Positions 1-14,103 of a stretch of DNA of 64,000 bases are shown here, in pieces. The stretch comes from Felis catus (taxonomy: Eukaryota). The first letter of the stretch is position 1, and each line of letters begins with the position of its first letter. The DNA lies in assembly GCF_018350175.1 (NCBI RefSeq), contig NC_058368.1, positions 217,560,001 to 217,624,000 on the forward strand, in the 5' to 3' direction. Position numbers and translations under genes: made by a program. The notes under the pieces were generated by a model, which worked only from the letters and a program-made list of their open reading frames with translations, did no database searches and was not told where the DNA came from.

Positions 1-821
1 GAAGGGAGATTTTAAATGGAAAAAAAACATGATTCAATATAATTAAGGATTATTATAACAAGAAGAAACCTGACATTTTGTTTGACTGATTTTACAGATT
101 AAGGATAACAAGCAAGACCCTGAGATGTTTGTTCAAAGTGATCCTAGAAGAGAAAAACCAAGAGTAGAATCCAGGGCTCCAGGAATAGATTATGTGATTA
201 AGATTATTTTATCACTGTAAATCCTTATATTTTTACAAAATTGTTTTTGATTTATAACCTTTTATGTGTAAAATGTGGCATGCTGGTGAGCATGTGTAGC
301 TAAAGGTGAAAAATAACCACAATTTGATTCACCACTGTGGTTGGGCCTGGTTGTCTCTACAAACCTTGCTGAATGGATAGATGAAACAACCAAACTCTGT
401 ATGTAGAGAAAGAAAAAGAGATTTATGCCAAATGATATGCTAAAAGAACTAAAGTGTAGTTGATTAATTATTTACCAAATTTTACATGGTGGGATTCCAC
501 TCCAAGCTGGTGTGGTAAAGAGAACAATGAATGGGAAATAAAAAGACCAGAGAATAAGGGATGTGCATTCATTTATCAAACTGGGATTTAATTTCTTCAC
601 TCTAAAAATTATCTACTAGGAAACATCTAAGGGCATTATTAGTTCCAAAGTCAATGGATCTTTGCTTAATCATATTAAACTTTCAATTGTTTATCAAACC
701 AGCTTCTATCTTGGGGTGGGGGTGGGGGGAGAGCAAACAATAGAAATAATGGAAATGCTTGGTAGTATCCAAAGGCCTGGATAACATGTTCTCATGACTG
801 GCCCTCTTGAAGACATTTTCT

Positions 822-863
822 TTCTGTCTTTTTAAAGCTTATTTATTAATTTTGAGAGAGAAA

Positions 864-895
<32 letters not shown>

Positions 896-1093
896 CAGAG
901 AGAGACAGAGAGACAGAGAGCATGCGCACAAGCAGGGGAAGGGCAGACAAGGGAGAGAGGGAGAGAATCCCAAGCAGGCTCCGTGCTGTCAGGATAGAGC
1001 CCAATGCTGGGCTGGAACCCACGAACTGTGAGATCATGACCTGAGTGGAAATCAAGAGCCAGATGCTTAACCAACTGAGCCACACAGGTGCCC
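822..1093 (-). mobile_element. CanSINE (SINEC, tRNA-derived)
   Basis: Reverse strand reads gggcacctgtgtggctcagttggttaagc...(CT)n...A-tail. Perfect 14-bp TSD tgaagacattttct at 808-821 and 1094-1107. Confidence 0.95.
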
Positions 1094-3378
1094 TGAAGAC
1101 ATTTTCTGAGATGTGGAGTCCTCTGTGTTAGGTCTAATTGCATCTGTTCAATTGACCTTCTCCATATTGCCTAAATGTCCTCCACTGATACCAGCATTTC
1201 CATGTATAAAAAGAATATGATATGTAATTTCATCATTGTCCACAAATATTCAGAAATGTATCCCTTGGTCATGTCTATAGCACCAGTCTCTTTCAAACAT
1301 TCTGTCTGTTCACAACTATAATAATGAATTCAAATTATCAGCTGCCTAAAAGAAATTAAAGTTTCAGTCACATATTTCAAACCATTTTTGTGTTCAGATA
1401 ATTCAAATAGTGTAATCTGCTCATTTGATTGAACTTAGGTATATATTTGCAGTTATAAAACTGTGCTATTTTTGCATTATTTACATATACAAATTATTTC
1501 TATATTATAGCAAAGATTGCACAATATGGAACAATTTGTTAATACAACTGTTCAGTCTTTGGGAAAAAAAAGAAAGTATGTCAGTTTGCCAATTTTAAAG
1601 ACAAAATTGGATTCATTTGAAGAACAAACAATTCTAATGTCAAATGAATCCCTAAAAAACATTCAATTTGTAAAAGACCAGATTTTTTGAAAAAGAAATT
1701 AAAAGTCAGTTATTTCTTTGAGACATTATATATTGGAATATTTTAATAAATCTGTCCTCGGATACCATATCATTGATTTATGTCAACAAATAATCTGTTG
1801 GTAACTTTAGGTTTTAGACCCCTCAGTAAAACCGACAAGAAATTACTATCCTTAGCCATGTTTTATCTATAGTGTTATGAGAGTAATAAGAAAAGCATGA
1901 ATGTGTAAGATAACTTCTCCCAAATCACAAAAGAGCAACACCCTCTGTTTCAACGTATTGTCTTGAGAAAACATAACAATACCAATATCTGATAGTCAAT
2001 TAAACATTTTGCCTTCACAATCTATTTACATGAAAATTAATTATTTATAGGTAAATTATCTCCTCTCCTTTTAATTTCCTACTGGAGTTAGATTTCTTTC
2101 TGATGTTCTGAAGAAGGAGATTAATCTATTCATTAATTAAATTAATCTCATTGTAAAATAACATTTTGTAATAAGGAAGTACAGATTTTGTTTTTCTTTG
2201 GCCCTGAACCTTTATTTATAATGTTATCTTGCCCTAGTCTATGGGGAAAATTGATAGTAGCTGTGTTAGATAAACCACACATACAATTAGCATACAGGAT
2301 CTTGTTGCCAATGGTATTGCTGAGGTTATGTAAAATATAATATATTCCTGGCATAAGTTTTATAGATGCATCGTATTTTATATTACTTTTAAGTGTTTTC
2401 ATGTACATGGAAACAATGTCAATATTATTAGTCCTATTTATATAAATGTAGAGATAAATCATGTGATTCAAGTTACCTGAGGCTTATGTGATTCCTCCAA
2501 TTTCTATACTCACTATTAAGAGATCTTGCTTCATGTACATCCCATCTTCTGTAATTTACTTTTGTAATTATATTATGGTTGAAAAAATAATTTTCTTCTA
2601 GGGGAATGTACAATCTTAGGACCATAAGCTAAGTATAGTACATAATAAGTCAATGTTAATAAGCCAACATCAGACTAAATTTATATGCAGACACAGTGTG
2701 TAACTCATATGTGAATCAGATTCAAAATCTCATAGTCATAAAATCAAGCTATTTAGCACAATACTTTAGCTCCCCCTTTTGGATGGCCCAGACTGCAATA
2801 CAAAAAAAATGAGAAAATGCCCTCGTCTGTCCTCTTTTCTACTGTCATTTTATATTTGAGGTAACATGTATTCCATTATTTGACTGCATAAAATTAATCA
2901 TTTAAATCAGTTTTCTATTAAAAATAAGGTAAATATACTTCTTTTTTTTTTACTGGTTGAATGTTATGTACACTTAATTTTAAAGATGTATTTTGACACG
3001 GTGTTTTTATATGATTTAAAATCAATTAATGTTTACTTACCTTTATAAGGATTTTCTGTACTATTTCTCCAAATAAAATATTTGAGCTTAGTTGTGTCAT
3101 AAACTGTACTGGTTATCCTTAAAACATGTAATAACCAAGAAAGACTTTTCAAAGTATTGAAGACCAGATAGTATAAATTTGGGGAATTCTTATTTAAAAG
3201 ATTCTAACTACTTTCATTAATGACATAAACAGTAACACATCAAGATATATAAAGTAAGTAATTTGTGCAAACTCTTAGTTTGCAAACATATGCAAACATA
3301 TTGTGTTATGCAACTATATACACATATGTGTATATTTATATGTGCATATACATATGCACATATAAATATATATATGGA

Positions 3379-3711
3379 CAGTTAATCCTTGAACAACACA
3401 GATTTGAACTGCATGGGTCCACTATATATGGAATTTTTTCAGTAAACACCGTGTTATACTGTAAATGTATTTTCTCTTATGAGTTTCTTAATAACATTTT
3501 TTTCTCTAGCTTACTTTAGTATAAGATTACAGTATATAATACATATAACATACAAAATATGTGTTAATCGACTGTTTATGTTATTGGTAAGGTTTCTGGT
3601 CAACAATAGTGATTAGTAGTTAAGTTTTTGAGATGTCAAAACTTACACATGGATTTTCAACTGGGTGGAGGTTTGTCGCCCTTAACCCTCACACTGTTCA
3701 AGGGTCAATCT
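3379..3711 (+). mobile_element. Tigger3a/GOLEM-like non-autonomous TcMar DNA transposon
   Basis: Terminal inverted repeats cagttaatccttgaaca... and ...tgttcaagggtcaatct followed by TA. About 333 bp; internal tttgaactgcatgggtccact is typical of Tigger3. Confidence 0.85.
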
Positions 3712-4450
3712 TATATAATAAATACTTAAAATAGTATTTTAAGTACTACTCATTATTCAAGCTGACCATACAAAACTATGAGCATATATAGTACATATGT
3801 CAATTTCTCAAAATATCAATATGAGCCTCTCCAAAGCTATACTGTCATCTATCACAGCAATTGTCATGTCAGATGTGTACCTAATTTTTCCAATCTTCAA
3901 AGCTGTTCTTTCCTTTCATACCCAAATACCTAATTTTAGTTGCATGATAAAAGCAAACCTAATCCACCCTACCAATTATTTCTTTAAAATTTCTAGGAGT
4001 GTTGTAAAAATTCTGGATGTCACCTGTTACCATCTGCTTAGGAATGCTCTTCAAGTTTCTCTGCTGATCTCAAGGCCTAACCCTAACTAGGCTCCTTCTT
4101 GCTTCCCTTAGCCCTACTAATACTAGCACAGAACAGTAATTAATAATAATAATAGAATTTTACACCATTTACAGAAAGATAAAAGGAGTGAAGATAATGT
4201 TAGGGAACCGGAAAGCATCTGGAAAGAAAAACTGACATGTAGCACATAGCTGCTGAATCTAAATTGCATAGTCCAGGTGGTTTTCCAGGACTTGACGACC
4301 GGCCATCTCCATCTTTTGCTCTCAGGTTGCTGCCATGTGACTGGAGAACATTTCTCCAGCATGTGTTACCTTGGTACTAACTGTTATTTGGGAGTTCAGA
4401 ATCCTCTGTCCCTCTCAGACTCTGGGAAAGGATCAAAAGATGTAAAATAT

Positions 4451-4650
4451 GTGTGCCTGGGTGGCTCATTTGGTTAAGTATCGGACTCTTGATTTCAGCT
4501 CAGGTCATGATCTCATGGTTGGCAAGACTGGGCCTTGCACAGGGCTCTGTGCTGACAGTGGGGATTCTATGTGGGATTCTCTTTCTCTGCCCGTTCCCTG
4601 CTCACATGCATGCACACTTTCTCTCAAATAAACATTAAAAAAATTGAAAA
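4451..4650 (+). mobile_element. CanSINE (older, diverged)
   Basis: gtgcctgggtggctcatttggttaag...ggtcatgatctc...ctctcaaataaacattaaaaaaa. Confidence 0.9.
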
Positions 4651-4689
4651 TAATTGAATGATAACATTATCTCAGAGATGCCAACTTTT

Positions 4690-4896
4690 TTTGTTTTAAA
4701 TGTTTTTATTTTTGAGAGCAAGAGAGAAAGAGCAAGTGGGAGAGGGGCAGAGAGAGAGGGAGACACAGAATCAGAAGCAGGCTCCAGGCTCTGAGTGGTC
4801 AGCACACAGCCTGATGCAGGGCTTGAACTCATAAACCGGGAGATCATGACCTGGGCCAAAGTCGGACGCCCAACCAGCTGAGCCACCCAGGTGCCC
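4690..4896 (-). mobile_element. CanSINE (SINEC_Fc-type)
   Basis: SINE body on the minus strand. TSD ctcagagatgc(c/g)aactttt at 4671-4689 and 4897-4915. Confidence 0.95.
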
Positions 4897-5291
4897 CTCA
4901 GAGATGCGAACTTTTAAACAAAATTTTACATTATTAAAGAGGAAATTAATACCCCTGTATGACATATGAGCATTTGGATTTTTCCATCACTTAATCTATA
5001 CCTACGATTTAAAGGACTCCCTGAGAACAGAAAGAGCTTTCACAAAGACAAATCATACCTTCTAATAGTAGAATCCAAACTAAAAAAAAGGTATTAATTT
5101 TGTCAATATTTTATCAGTAATAACTACCCATGGGTTAGATCTATTTTGTACTATTTTTCTCTCTTAATTTTAAGTAGATATAAAAAATACTTAATTTTCT
5201 ATATATTTAATATGTGGTTAAGGAAAGACAATATATGTCTGAGAAATATTCTATATATTATGTAAAAAGTAAATTTCTTTAGTTCTTCTTT

Positions 5292-5390
5292 TTTTATGTT
5301 TTTACTTGAATTCTAGTTAGTTAACTTATAGTGTAATTTTAGTTTTAGGAGTAGAATTTAGCGATTCATTACTTACATATAACACCCAGT
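5292..5390 (-). mobile_element. Short, heavily 5'-truncated carnivore L1 3' end
   Basis: T-tail then ttctagttagttaacttatagtgt...aacacccagt (L1 3'UTR terminus). TSD tttag(t/c)tcttcttt at 5278-5291 and 5391-5404. Confidence 0.8.
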
Positions 5391-5809
5391 TTTAGCTCTT
5401 CTTTAAATAAATGGAAGCCTATATCAGTTTGAATGGCTTTCTATTTGGCGGATGCCCCCTATTCATAAAACATATCATTTGCAACATAGAAATTGATCCA
5501 AATAATTTTCTGAGAAAGATAATGGGTCTTAAACTTTATTTTTTAAAACACGGATAAAAATTAGAATTAATGTCTCTCAGCCTTACTAGAACTAATGCCA
5601 GCTTCTATTATGAAAATTAAAGATAATATAATCCCTCTCTAAAACACACACAGCCCATCTTGGAAAAGAGCATATGTGTTAGGAAGCAGTGGGGCCTGAA
5701 GTTGAAAGGGTAGCACGGGTTCAAGAATGGATCTCTGAAAAAATGAGCAGAGGGATTGAACCTGATGTAGGCGGCATCACCAGAGGCTCCTTTAACAATG
5801 TAGATCAGT

Positions 5810-5995
5810 TTACTATCATGTGCTCTGAAATGAGATCATCTGGTTTCCTATTCCAACACTGTCATATCCTAACTCTAATCCTAGGGAGGTAATTTGATTC
5901 TTCTGAGCCCAAATTTCTTTATTTGTATAAGCAACCCGTAATAGTTTTCCCAATATGTTCATTTGTAAGGCTCAATGAAATATAGTTGAAAAGTA
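5810..5995 (+). mobile_element. MIR fragment
   Basis: Core-like taatttgattcttctgagcccaaatttctttatttgtataa...gtaaggctcaatgaaata. Confidence 0.55.
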
Positions 5996-8624
5996 TGTGT
6001 TTGTGATGATAAAGGAGATACAATGTACAAAAAGTATTTTAAGAAAAGTATTTTTAGGTATATATGTCAGATATCAGAGAAAAGCCAGATTGAGGAGAAA
6101 TAGAAGATATGAAAAGTTTTGGGGTGATAGGTTCCTATATTTATTAAACTTGAAGCTTGTCGTGTTGGAAAAGAGAAGACAAGAAAGGAAAAGAATGATA
6201 AAAGTTGATAACAGTCTGGCACTTGGAACTCCAAGTGATCTGAATACAACTCTTTAGAAAGACTATCAGGGTTATTTTAAGTGAATAACAATATGTGTTT
6301 CCTCTCTATGGATTAAGAAATAAGGTGTTCTTTGAAACTTTCAATCTGCTTCCTTAATCTTTCTCTCAATCTCACCAAAATTTCATAAATAAAGAGTTAT
6401 CATATCTTAAATTTTTGATTCTTCAAAGCACTTTTAATTGTTGGTGAAAGAAAACAGAATTTCACTTGCTGGACAATTTCCACATTGGATCTAAGCTACT
6501 CTTGAATTTAAAACTACTACTTAAGAGAAAATTATGTGGCCCATCATGCTAAATTTCATCCCAAAATGGATGTAACCAAATTCTCAGATTTTTAAATCCA
6601 GCCATTGAAAAATTCAAAGTTCACATATTACTAAACTTTAAGCATTCTTATAAGATGAATAGCATATAAGTTTTTAAGTATATTGGCCAAATGAGCCTTC
6701 CTTCTGAATCAGTGGCCAACTGTAAAATTCACAGTAGTTGAAATTTTTATATATAAATCTCATAATTGTGTTCACATTGAGGCATTTTGTGACGAGTGAT
6801 GTATATTTTCATCAAATGACAGTCTCTGTCAACTTTATCCCTCTCCTCAACCTTGTACGGTCTATTGATTCCAGCACTGTGTTGCAGAATTGACTTGTGA
6901 AGGTATGGCCCAAACCCACACTTGACAGTGCATCAAAGTTCTGGGGGAAAAAAACAAGATAAATTTACTAATAGTAGGTACTCATATGCTGGTACTGTCT
7001 GTTAGAGATTTATTGAGATGCTACAATATCCATTTCTGAGGATGGATGCAATTAAGGGAAAAATAAATTGCTCAAAATCTGTAAAATGTAGAAATGTTAA
7101 AGGATAGATTAGCTGACTGATAAAAATTATATAAAATATCAGTAGATCTTGTATCTGTCTTTATACATTTCCTCTGCCTATTTACCTACATTAGTTCTGA
7201 TGATGATGATGATGAAAATCATGATGATGATGATGGTCTCATTAGATTAGGATGACAAAATCACGAACTAAAAATGATTGTTCGTTGAGTTATTATCTAT
7301 CAGGAGGTTATGACATACTGAATATCCTGAGTCACAGTGTTGTTGACAAAGTTGACTCTTAGAGGCTTAGTAAACAGAATCCTATTAGAAAAGATAAGCT
7401 GTGTCAAGTATGTGGCAGAGTATATGGTCACAGTATTATGCAATAAAAACAATAATTAAATAATTCTGTGACTCACTATTAATATCCAAGTAACCAAAGC
7501 ATACATTCTAGAATTTATATTTAGTAACAGGCTCCTTCCTAAGAGGCCATATTTGAGAATCTGATTTTGGCTTTGATGAATATACTTCATATCTCTGATG
7601 CTTAATGATGTTATTTAAGCAGCAAACATATGTTCCTTTGGCAAATATATGATGAAAAAAATAAAAATAAACTGGTCTTCTCATGTGACAGATTTAAATG
7701 AGTTTCCTACAGAGAAGGATCCATAGCAAGAGGTGTAAGGAACTTCAGCTAGGCCTAATTTTAGATTAACTTGGATGCATTTTTGCTTCTTAGTTTTCCT
7801 TTTATAGCAAAGAAAAGATGTCCTAATGAAGATTAGTAGTAAGAGTATGATTGTTTAAGGTGAGAATAATACTCTCCCTTGGGAATGCAGTGGGTTATAG
7901 AGATATTTCAGCCCTTTATTAACCTCTTTGTGCAGGATTTCTAACTAAATTTTAAGCATTTGTAACTTTACAGTCCCTAAAAAGATAGATTCAATTATGT
8001 GCAATGTGTGTAATATGTGTAAAGTGAAAGATAACATGTTCAAATTGTTGAAATAGTACCTACAGTTAGGTATTCCATTACATCCCATCTTATAGGCATA
8101 AAATAAGCACATTGAGTCATTTGAACTCTTGATCCATTATTCCTCCATCAAATCAGATCATAATTCTACACAAACCCCTGGGTACATGATAAGGGTAATT
8201 AATTTTTAATGCAAGACACTTTTGATTCACAGGTTCTTATTTATTGGAAACTCTCAGGAAAACTGGGGTAGCTGAGAGTAGAATATGGGAATAAAAATAA
8301 AAATAAATCAATGAAATAAGAGAACCTTGTATGAACAAACAATAATTATGGCTCATAAGATGGGAGTATAATTGATGCAAGCCTCTGCAAGTGAGGTTCG
8401 GGCAGGGGGGTGAGAAGTAAACCTATTCCTTAACAAAATTTCCTTATAAATTCACACACACACAGACACACACCAATAAATCCTATCAGTGCTGATTTCA
8501 CTACAATGTTCCTTGACATATTGTTTTAATTCAAATCCCTTGAGTAGTTCAGTAAAAGAAAGGAAATAACCTATGTTAATTACTTTATTAATTATCAATA
8601 GTCATACTGTTTTATTCAGATTTA

Positions 8625-9310
8625 TTCAGCACAGTGGTGTGTTATGGATACTAGAGCCAGACTCCCCTAGTATAAGTCTCAATTACCACTGGAAAAGTCC
8701 AATGTCCAAAAAATCACGAATAATACAGTTGTGTCAAACTTAGGTGTATTAACTTCCTGCAATGAGGCACACTTCCCATCATGGGGAAGTTGGAAGTAAT
8801 TTGGTCAGAGAGAGTTAGGATAGGTTTATTACAGAATTTGGGAATATGCTAGGATATTTGGGAAGTGCTTATGAAAGCAGAGATCAGCATTTGATTAGGT
8901 CATATCAGGAAATCAGGGCAATTATATAGATGTATATTATCTTCTGTATAGAAAGCTTGAAAAACAGTTTGAGATTGTCTTTGAAAAAATAACCAAGAAA
9001 GAAAGATATTTGGTCATTTTGGGGCTACCTAGTGTCTCTGCTTTTGCCTTATCCATTCACAGCTATTGAGTGAGTTCATCTGATGATGATATTCTGTCCA
9101 GTTGGTGTTCAGCAGGGGAAACTATAGCATAGCTCTTAGTCAGCAGGCCAGGTACCAGCTGTCAGCTCTCAGACGTGATTTTTATTTTCTCCCTCACCAC
9201 CTAATAGATGTTTACCTTGGGCAATTTATTTAAACATTGTGAACTTTCATATTTTTCATGTATAAAATCTGAACAATAGCGCCTTCATCAAATAGATTTT
9301 TGAGAGTGTG
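8625..9310. mobile_element. MIR (about 8625-8690 and 9195-9310) apparently split by a ~500-bp LTR-like element (about 8692-9194)
   Basis: The MIR 5' part (tagagccagac...caattaccact) resumes as caccacctaatagatgtttaccttgggcaatttatttaa. The intervening block resembles an ancient ERV LTR; family not assigned. Confidence 0.5.
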
Positions 9311-10050
9311 ATTTCAGCAATTTCTGTGATTTAAGATATATGCATCAGTTATAAAGGCCTAGGGTGTGCAAGAAGTTTCAAACAAAAATTTTCTTTTTCT
9401 CTCCCATTATATATCCATCACAGGTTGGCTTGCAGGGGTGGGGGTAAGCTCCCCTTGTCTTTATTTGGGGTCCTAGGCTGGGAAATCTTGCCATACTTGG
9501 TATGGCAGATGAAAAAAGATCACGCAGCAGTTCATAAACGTTCTTCCCAGATAGAGCACACATCACACCCACCCAAATTTCACTGGCTGAATAGCCCCAG
9601 GAAACTTAAAGATGGAGGTGGAAAAATTCCAGTGGACTAGGAAGAGAAAGACATGGGCTGTCTCAAAACAGAATGAATGATTACCAAAGCTGTGAGGAGT
9701 GCCTGGTCCATGACATGTACTTAATAAATGCTGGATAGAACCATAATGAATGACTATTATATTATTATCATCTCTATTTTCCTTCCCTCCATGAGATTTA
9801 ATAGTAACTATTTATTATACGTAACTTTATTTTCAGATAGATTTTTCAGATGATATAAACCCTGGATTTTTTAATGACAGTATCTTGACAATGACTCATT
9901 AAGTACAATTTTTTGTAACTGTGTTGTGCTTATATAGCTGATTTGCAAACATAAACATGCTAATGGATTTAAAATACTTTTAAACTTTAGTTAGAGAATA
10001 TTTGAAATTTGAAACCTAGGAATAGACCATGGTTGTTGCTTGTTTCACTT

Positions 10051-10152
<102 letters not shown>

Positions 10153-10539
10153 GTCTGGCTCTTATTTGACTGGTAAAATCAAATAATCTGTAGATCCATT
10201 TTGAAGTTACCAAATGATACACTAGATCCATGTTATGCTGTGACTGTGTATCACTAATTGAAAACATTACCATGGCGATTGCTATAGTAACATTTAAATT
10301 GGCATCGGTGCCAAGATCCTTACTATCGATCTGACAGAGTTCATTTCACAGTGCATTTCAAGAATATAAATGGAATTTTGCTGGTGTTTTTATTCATATA
10401 GGCTGAGGAAAAAGAAAAAAAATATGTATATGTGTTTTAAACATAAAAAATATATATTTAAAAACCACACACATTTTAAAAGTAAATATATATGTTTAAA
10501 ATAGATTATTAGAGAAATGCTTAAATATAAATGGTCACA

Positions 10540-10735
10540 GGGTGCCTGCGTGGCTCAGTCGGTTAAGTGTCTGACTTCAGTTCCGTCATGATCTCACAGT
10601 TTGGGGGTTCGAGCCCTGCGTCGGGCTCCGTGCTGACAGCTCAGAGCCTGGAGCCTGCTTCGGATTCTGTGTCTCCCTCTCTCTCTGCCCCTCCCCTGTT
10701 CATGCTCTGTCGCAAGAATAAACAAACATTAAAAC

Positions 10736-10788
<53 letters not shown>
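10540..10788 (+). mobile_element. CanSINE (SINEC_Fc-type) whose tail ends in an (AT)24 microsatellite (10741-10788)
   Basis: gggtgcctgcgtggctcagtcggttaag...; atggtca is repeated on both sides as a TSD remnant. Confidence 0.93.
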
Positions 10789-10790
<2 letters not shown>

Positions 10791-10900
10791 TCATCATTTA
10801 TATGTGATTTCATACTTTAATATTAGAGTACCTCATATAATTTTCTTCCACATTACATTACTTTTTAAGAAGGAATTCCAAAAATAACATAATATATGTT

Positions 10901-11119
10901 GGGGCGCCTGGGTGGCTCAGTTTGTTGAGCGTCCAACTTTGGCTCAGGTCATGATCTCGTGGTTCACGAGTTTGAGCCCCTCATTGAGCTCTGTACTGAC
11001 AGCTCAGAGCCTGGAGCCTGCTTCAGATTCTGTGTCTCCCTCTCTCTCTGCCTCTCCCCTGTTCACACTCAGTCTCTCCCTCTCTCTCACTCAAAAATAA
11101 ATAAAACATTAAAAAAATA
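10901..11119 (+). mobile_element. CanSINE (SINEC_Fc-type)
   Basis: ggggcgcctgggtggctcag...aaaataaataaaacattaaaa. TSD aatatatgt at 10891-10899 and 11120-11128. Confidence 0.95.
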
Positions 11120-11371
11120 AATATATGTAATTCAGTATACTGAACATTAAGTATTTAACTTAAATTATTTAGTCAGTAAACATATTTTTCAATCTTGTGC
11201 TCTGCATTAAGCAAGATGATTTAATATATGGATGAAAAAAATCCCTATTCCAATTTCAAATCATAGTCAAAAATCAAAAATCATAGTCAAAATAGTCATA
11301 AGTAACTTAAAAATATCTAACCTTAACTGAACATTTTTCTAACCTTTTAAGATAATTAGTAGCAATCAATG

Positions 11372-11373
<2 letters not shown>

Positions 11374-11407
<34 letters not shown>
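11374..11407. repeat. (TAT)11 microsatellite
   Basis: Direct reading. Confidence 0.95.
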
Positions 11408-11648
11408 ACTGCTTTACAAAGTAAGTAACTGAGACATAGAGAAGGTTAGTGTCTTACCAAAAGTTACATGACAGCCTTCCAAAACAATTCTAAGTTTATG
11501 GTCTTAAAAATCCTTCATGTTAACTCTCTGTCCTTAATGTTATGGATTTAATGATGTTAAAGAACAGAAAAAAGAATCTTTTAAATTTACCTGACAAATT
11601 CAAGGAAATATTACAAATTGATAATAAACATTTATATCTAATTAGCAC

Positions 11649-12069
11649 TGTGTTAGTTTTGTAGGGCTGCTGTAACAAAATACAACCAACTGGGTAGGTT
11701 CAAACAATTGAGATGTATTATCTTATAGCAATGGAGGCAAGACATCTAAATAAAGGTGTTGGCAGGTCTGTACTCTGTCCACTGACTCTAGTGGAGAATA
11801 ATTCCTTATTTCTTCCAGCCTCTGATAGCTTGGTTTATGGCAGCACAACTCCAGTCTCTATCTCCTCCTTCACATGGCCCTCTTCACTCTATATTGGTAT
11901 CTCTTCTTATAAGGACCCATTGGATTAAAGTCCACTCTAATTCAGAATGACTTCATCTTAACTTGATTACATCTTCAAAGACTCTGTTTCCAAATAAGTT
12001 CACATTTTTAGGTACCATGTGTGAGGAGTTGACTATACCTTTTTGGCAGAAACAATTCAACCCAGAACA
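11649..12069 (-). mobile_element. MaLR solo LTR (MLT1B/C-like)
   Basis: TG...CA ends. Minus strand starts tgttctgggttgaattgt; plus strand starts tgtgttagttttgtagggctgctgtaacaaaatac. 5-bp TSD agcac/agcat at 11644-11648 and 12070-12074. Confidence 0.85.
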
Positions 12070-14103
12070 AGCATTTTCATAGGCTGTTGAAGCAATCATC
12101 AGAACTCTTGTCCAAATATTTCTGGATTTCTCTCTTTCAAACACATCATAAGATTGTTTTACTCCCCTATCTCTGAATTTAGACATAACCATGGTTATGT
12201 TTTGCTTTGCCCATTGAAATGTGGGTGCAAATGTGTCTCTTCTGCATGGGAAGCCTAAGGGCCAACATGGGATTCTCCATGTTTCCTCTGTCTTCTCTTG
12301 GCAGTCATGGAGTACGGTGATAGAAGTTCTCCTGCCTTGGGTTCCTGATGATAAGGTTTATTACAGTCTCCCAGGACAAGAACAGTGGTCATATACTCTG
12401 AGTATGCATTTGTTTCTAAAGCTACTGCAATTTTGTAAGTTTTCAATTACTATAGCATGACAGGTGCATAAATATCTACTAGAGGTGATATACTGTCCTG
12501 AAAACAATAAGAAATCCTAAAATTTGTAGCATTAACTTAATTCCTGGCTATCCAGCCATAAAGAAAGCCTAATCAGAGGATCAAAAGGTGGAAATTCACT
12601 TCATAAAAGAGCGTAATATTTGTCATAACTTGGGACGCAGATCCCGGGCTCAGTGAACTTGTAGCCCTAAGGGAAAATGTGGGAAATCAGAGTAATTGAA
12701 GGGCATATTTGTCACCATGCCTGTATTGTCAAAATGCTATTAGAAAACAGATAAATTCAGAGCATTATTGTCAGTTTGATGGCAAAAAATTTGAAGAAAT
12801 GCAAATAGCATAAATGGACCAACAAGTTGAGTGAAAGATCCAACTTTTTCAATGCTCCTTGTTAAAAAGAAATAATAGTTTGGTTTGAAAATGGATGATT
12901 GAAACTTTTGTAGCAGAAAGCAAAGCAAAAGAATGGCCATCATGGCTATTTTCAAACTTCTGAACAGATTATGTCAGCAAAATTAAGGACCCAGTTAAGT
13001 GTTTGGTTCTCAATACATCCTTATACCAGATAAATTGTCTCATGTTAAAGACATTGAAACTATGTTTCGTCCAGTAAAACCTAATAAGACTAAGAAACCT
13101 ATAATGAAGTAGACACAGCAAGACCTGTGGAGCAGTGGTAAGAAAATAAATAAATATAGAAAATCTAAGAAGTATGTTTAAATGGAACATATTTCTATGG
13201 AGTGACACTTGACACATGAAACTAACTGGAGCCAAAAAGAAAAAGAGGACTTAGTTTTTAAGAACTGTCTTGCCAGGCCAGATCCAAAACTCTGGGTCTG
13301 AGTGAGGTTAAGATGATTCTGGGGCCATCAACTTGCATGGCCAGTAAGTTCACTATGAAATTTGCTCATCTTGCAAAGAGTGATACTATTCACTCTGCCT
13401 TCTTCAGCAGTGGTCCATGAAGTCAACAAATAAGAAAGAATTCCAGAAAATGAAGAGGCACAAAGACTACTAGATAAGGGAGATCCTCTCAAGAGACAAA
13501 ACTGGAGAATAAGATCTAATTATGGCTTAATACTCTACTGTCAGAATAGTAGGACAAGCAAACAGGATTTCAAAACAGCCATCATTTTCTGGAGAAAACT
13601 TGTTGCACTTATGCTGCTCCTGAGTCACACGCTATCTTTTAATCTCTGGTCATGAGAAGCCTCGTGTAGATTTGATATAGAAACTACTTCATGCTATATT
13701 TCTTCCACACTCCCTCGATTTGAACTTGATGACAAGTCTGGATGGAACTTGTGAGTGGTATCTTTGCACATTTTTCTCCAGGAGGAAGAATCAGCCTCAT
13801 ATTTGGTTAATGAGGGCTTGAATTGTCATAATCATCTATGTTATTTACCAGATATTTCTAACTTCTGAGTGTTTGCTAGGAAGGTATTTCACCAGTACCT
13901 TTGAAGTTAGACAAATTCACCTGATTTGGTCAATGAAAAGGGAGTGTAATTGAAGTGTGTAAACTGATGTGTGTGGAGATGTTAAATGACTGAATGTCAC
14001 TTGCAAAGTTACTTTTTTTTGCCTTGGTAAAGGTGGAAGCAGAGAGAGAAGCATGTCTGTCTCCCTTAGCCTGAAATTCTGATAAAGATGAGGTGGAACC
14101 ATC

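Noticed and set aside
713..729. G-rich ggggtgggggtgggggg as a G-quadruplex
   Set aside because: Only three clearly separated G-runs; insufficient support for a canonical intramolecular G4.
807..1143. Short ORFs with AQVMIS.../LEPASDSVSPSLS or ERER motifs (also at 4.4-4.9, 10.5-11.1, 15.8, 17.8, 22.0, 41.8, 44.2-44.9, 48.0, 50.1, 56.8 and 63.7 kb)
   Set aside because: These are translations of CanSINE sequence, not a gene family.
11256..11300. Short repeated aaatcatagtcaaaa units
   Set aside because: Small slippage duplication in A-rich DNA with no further structure.
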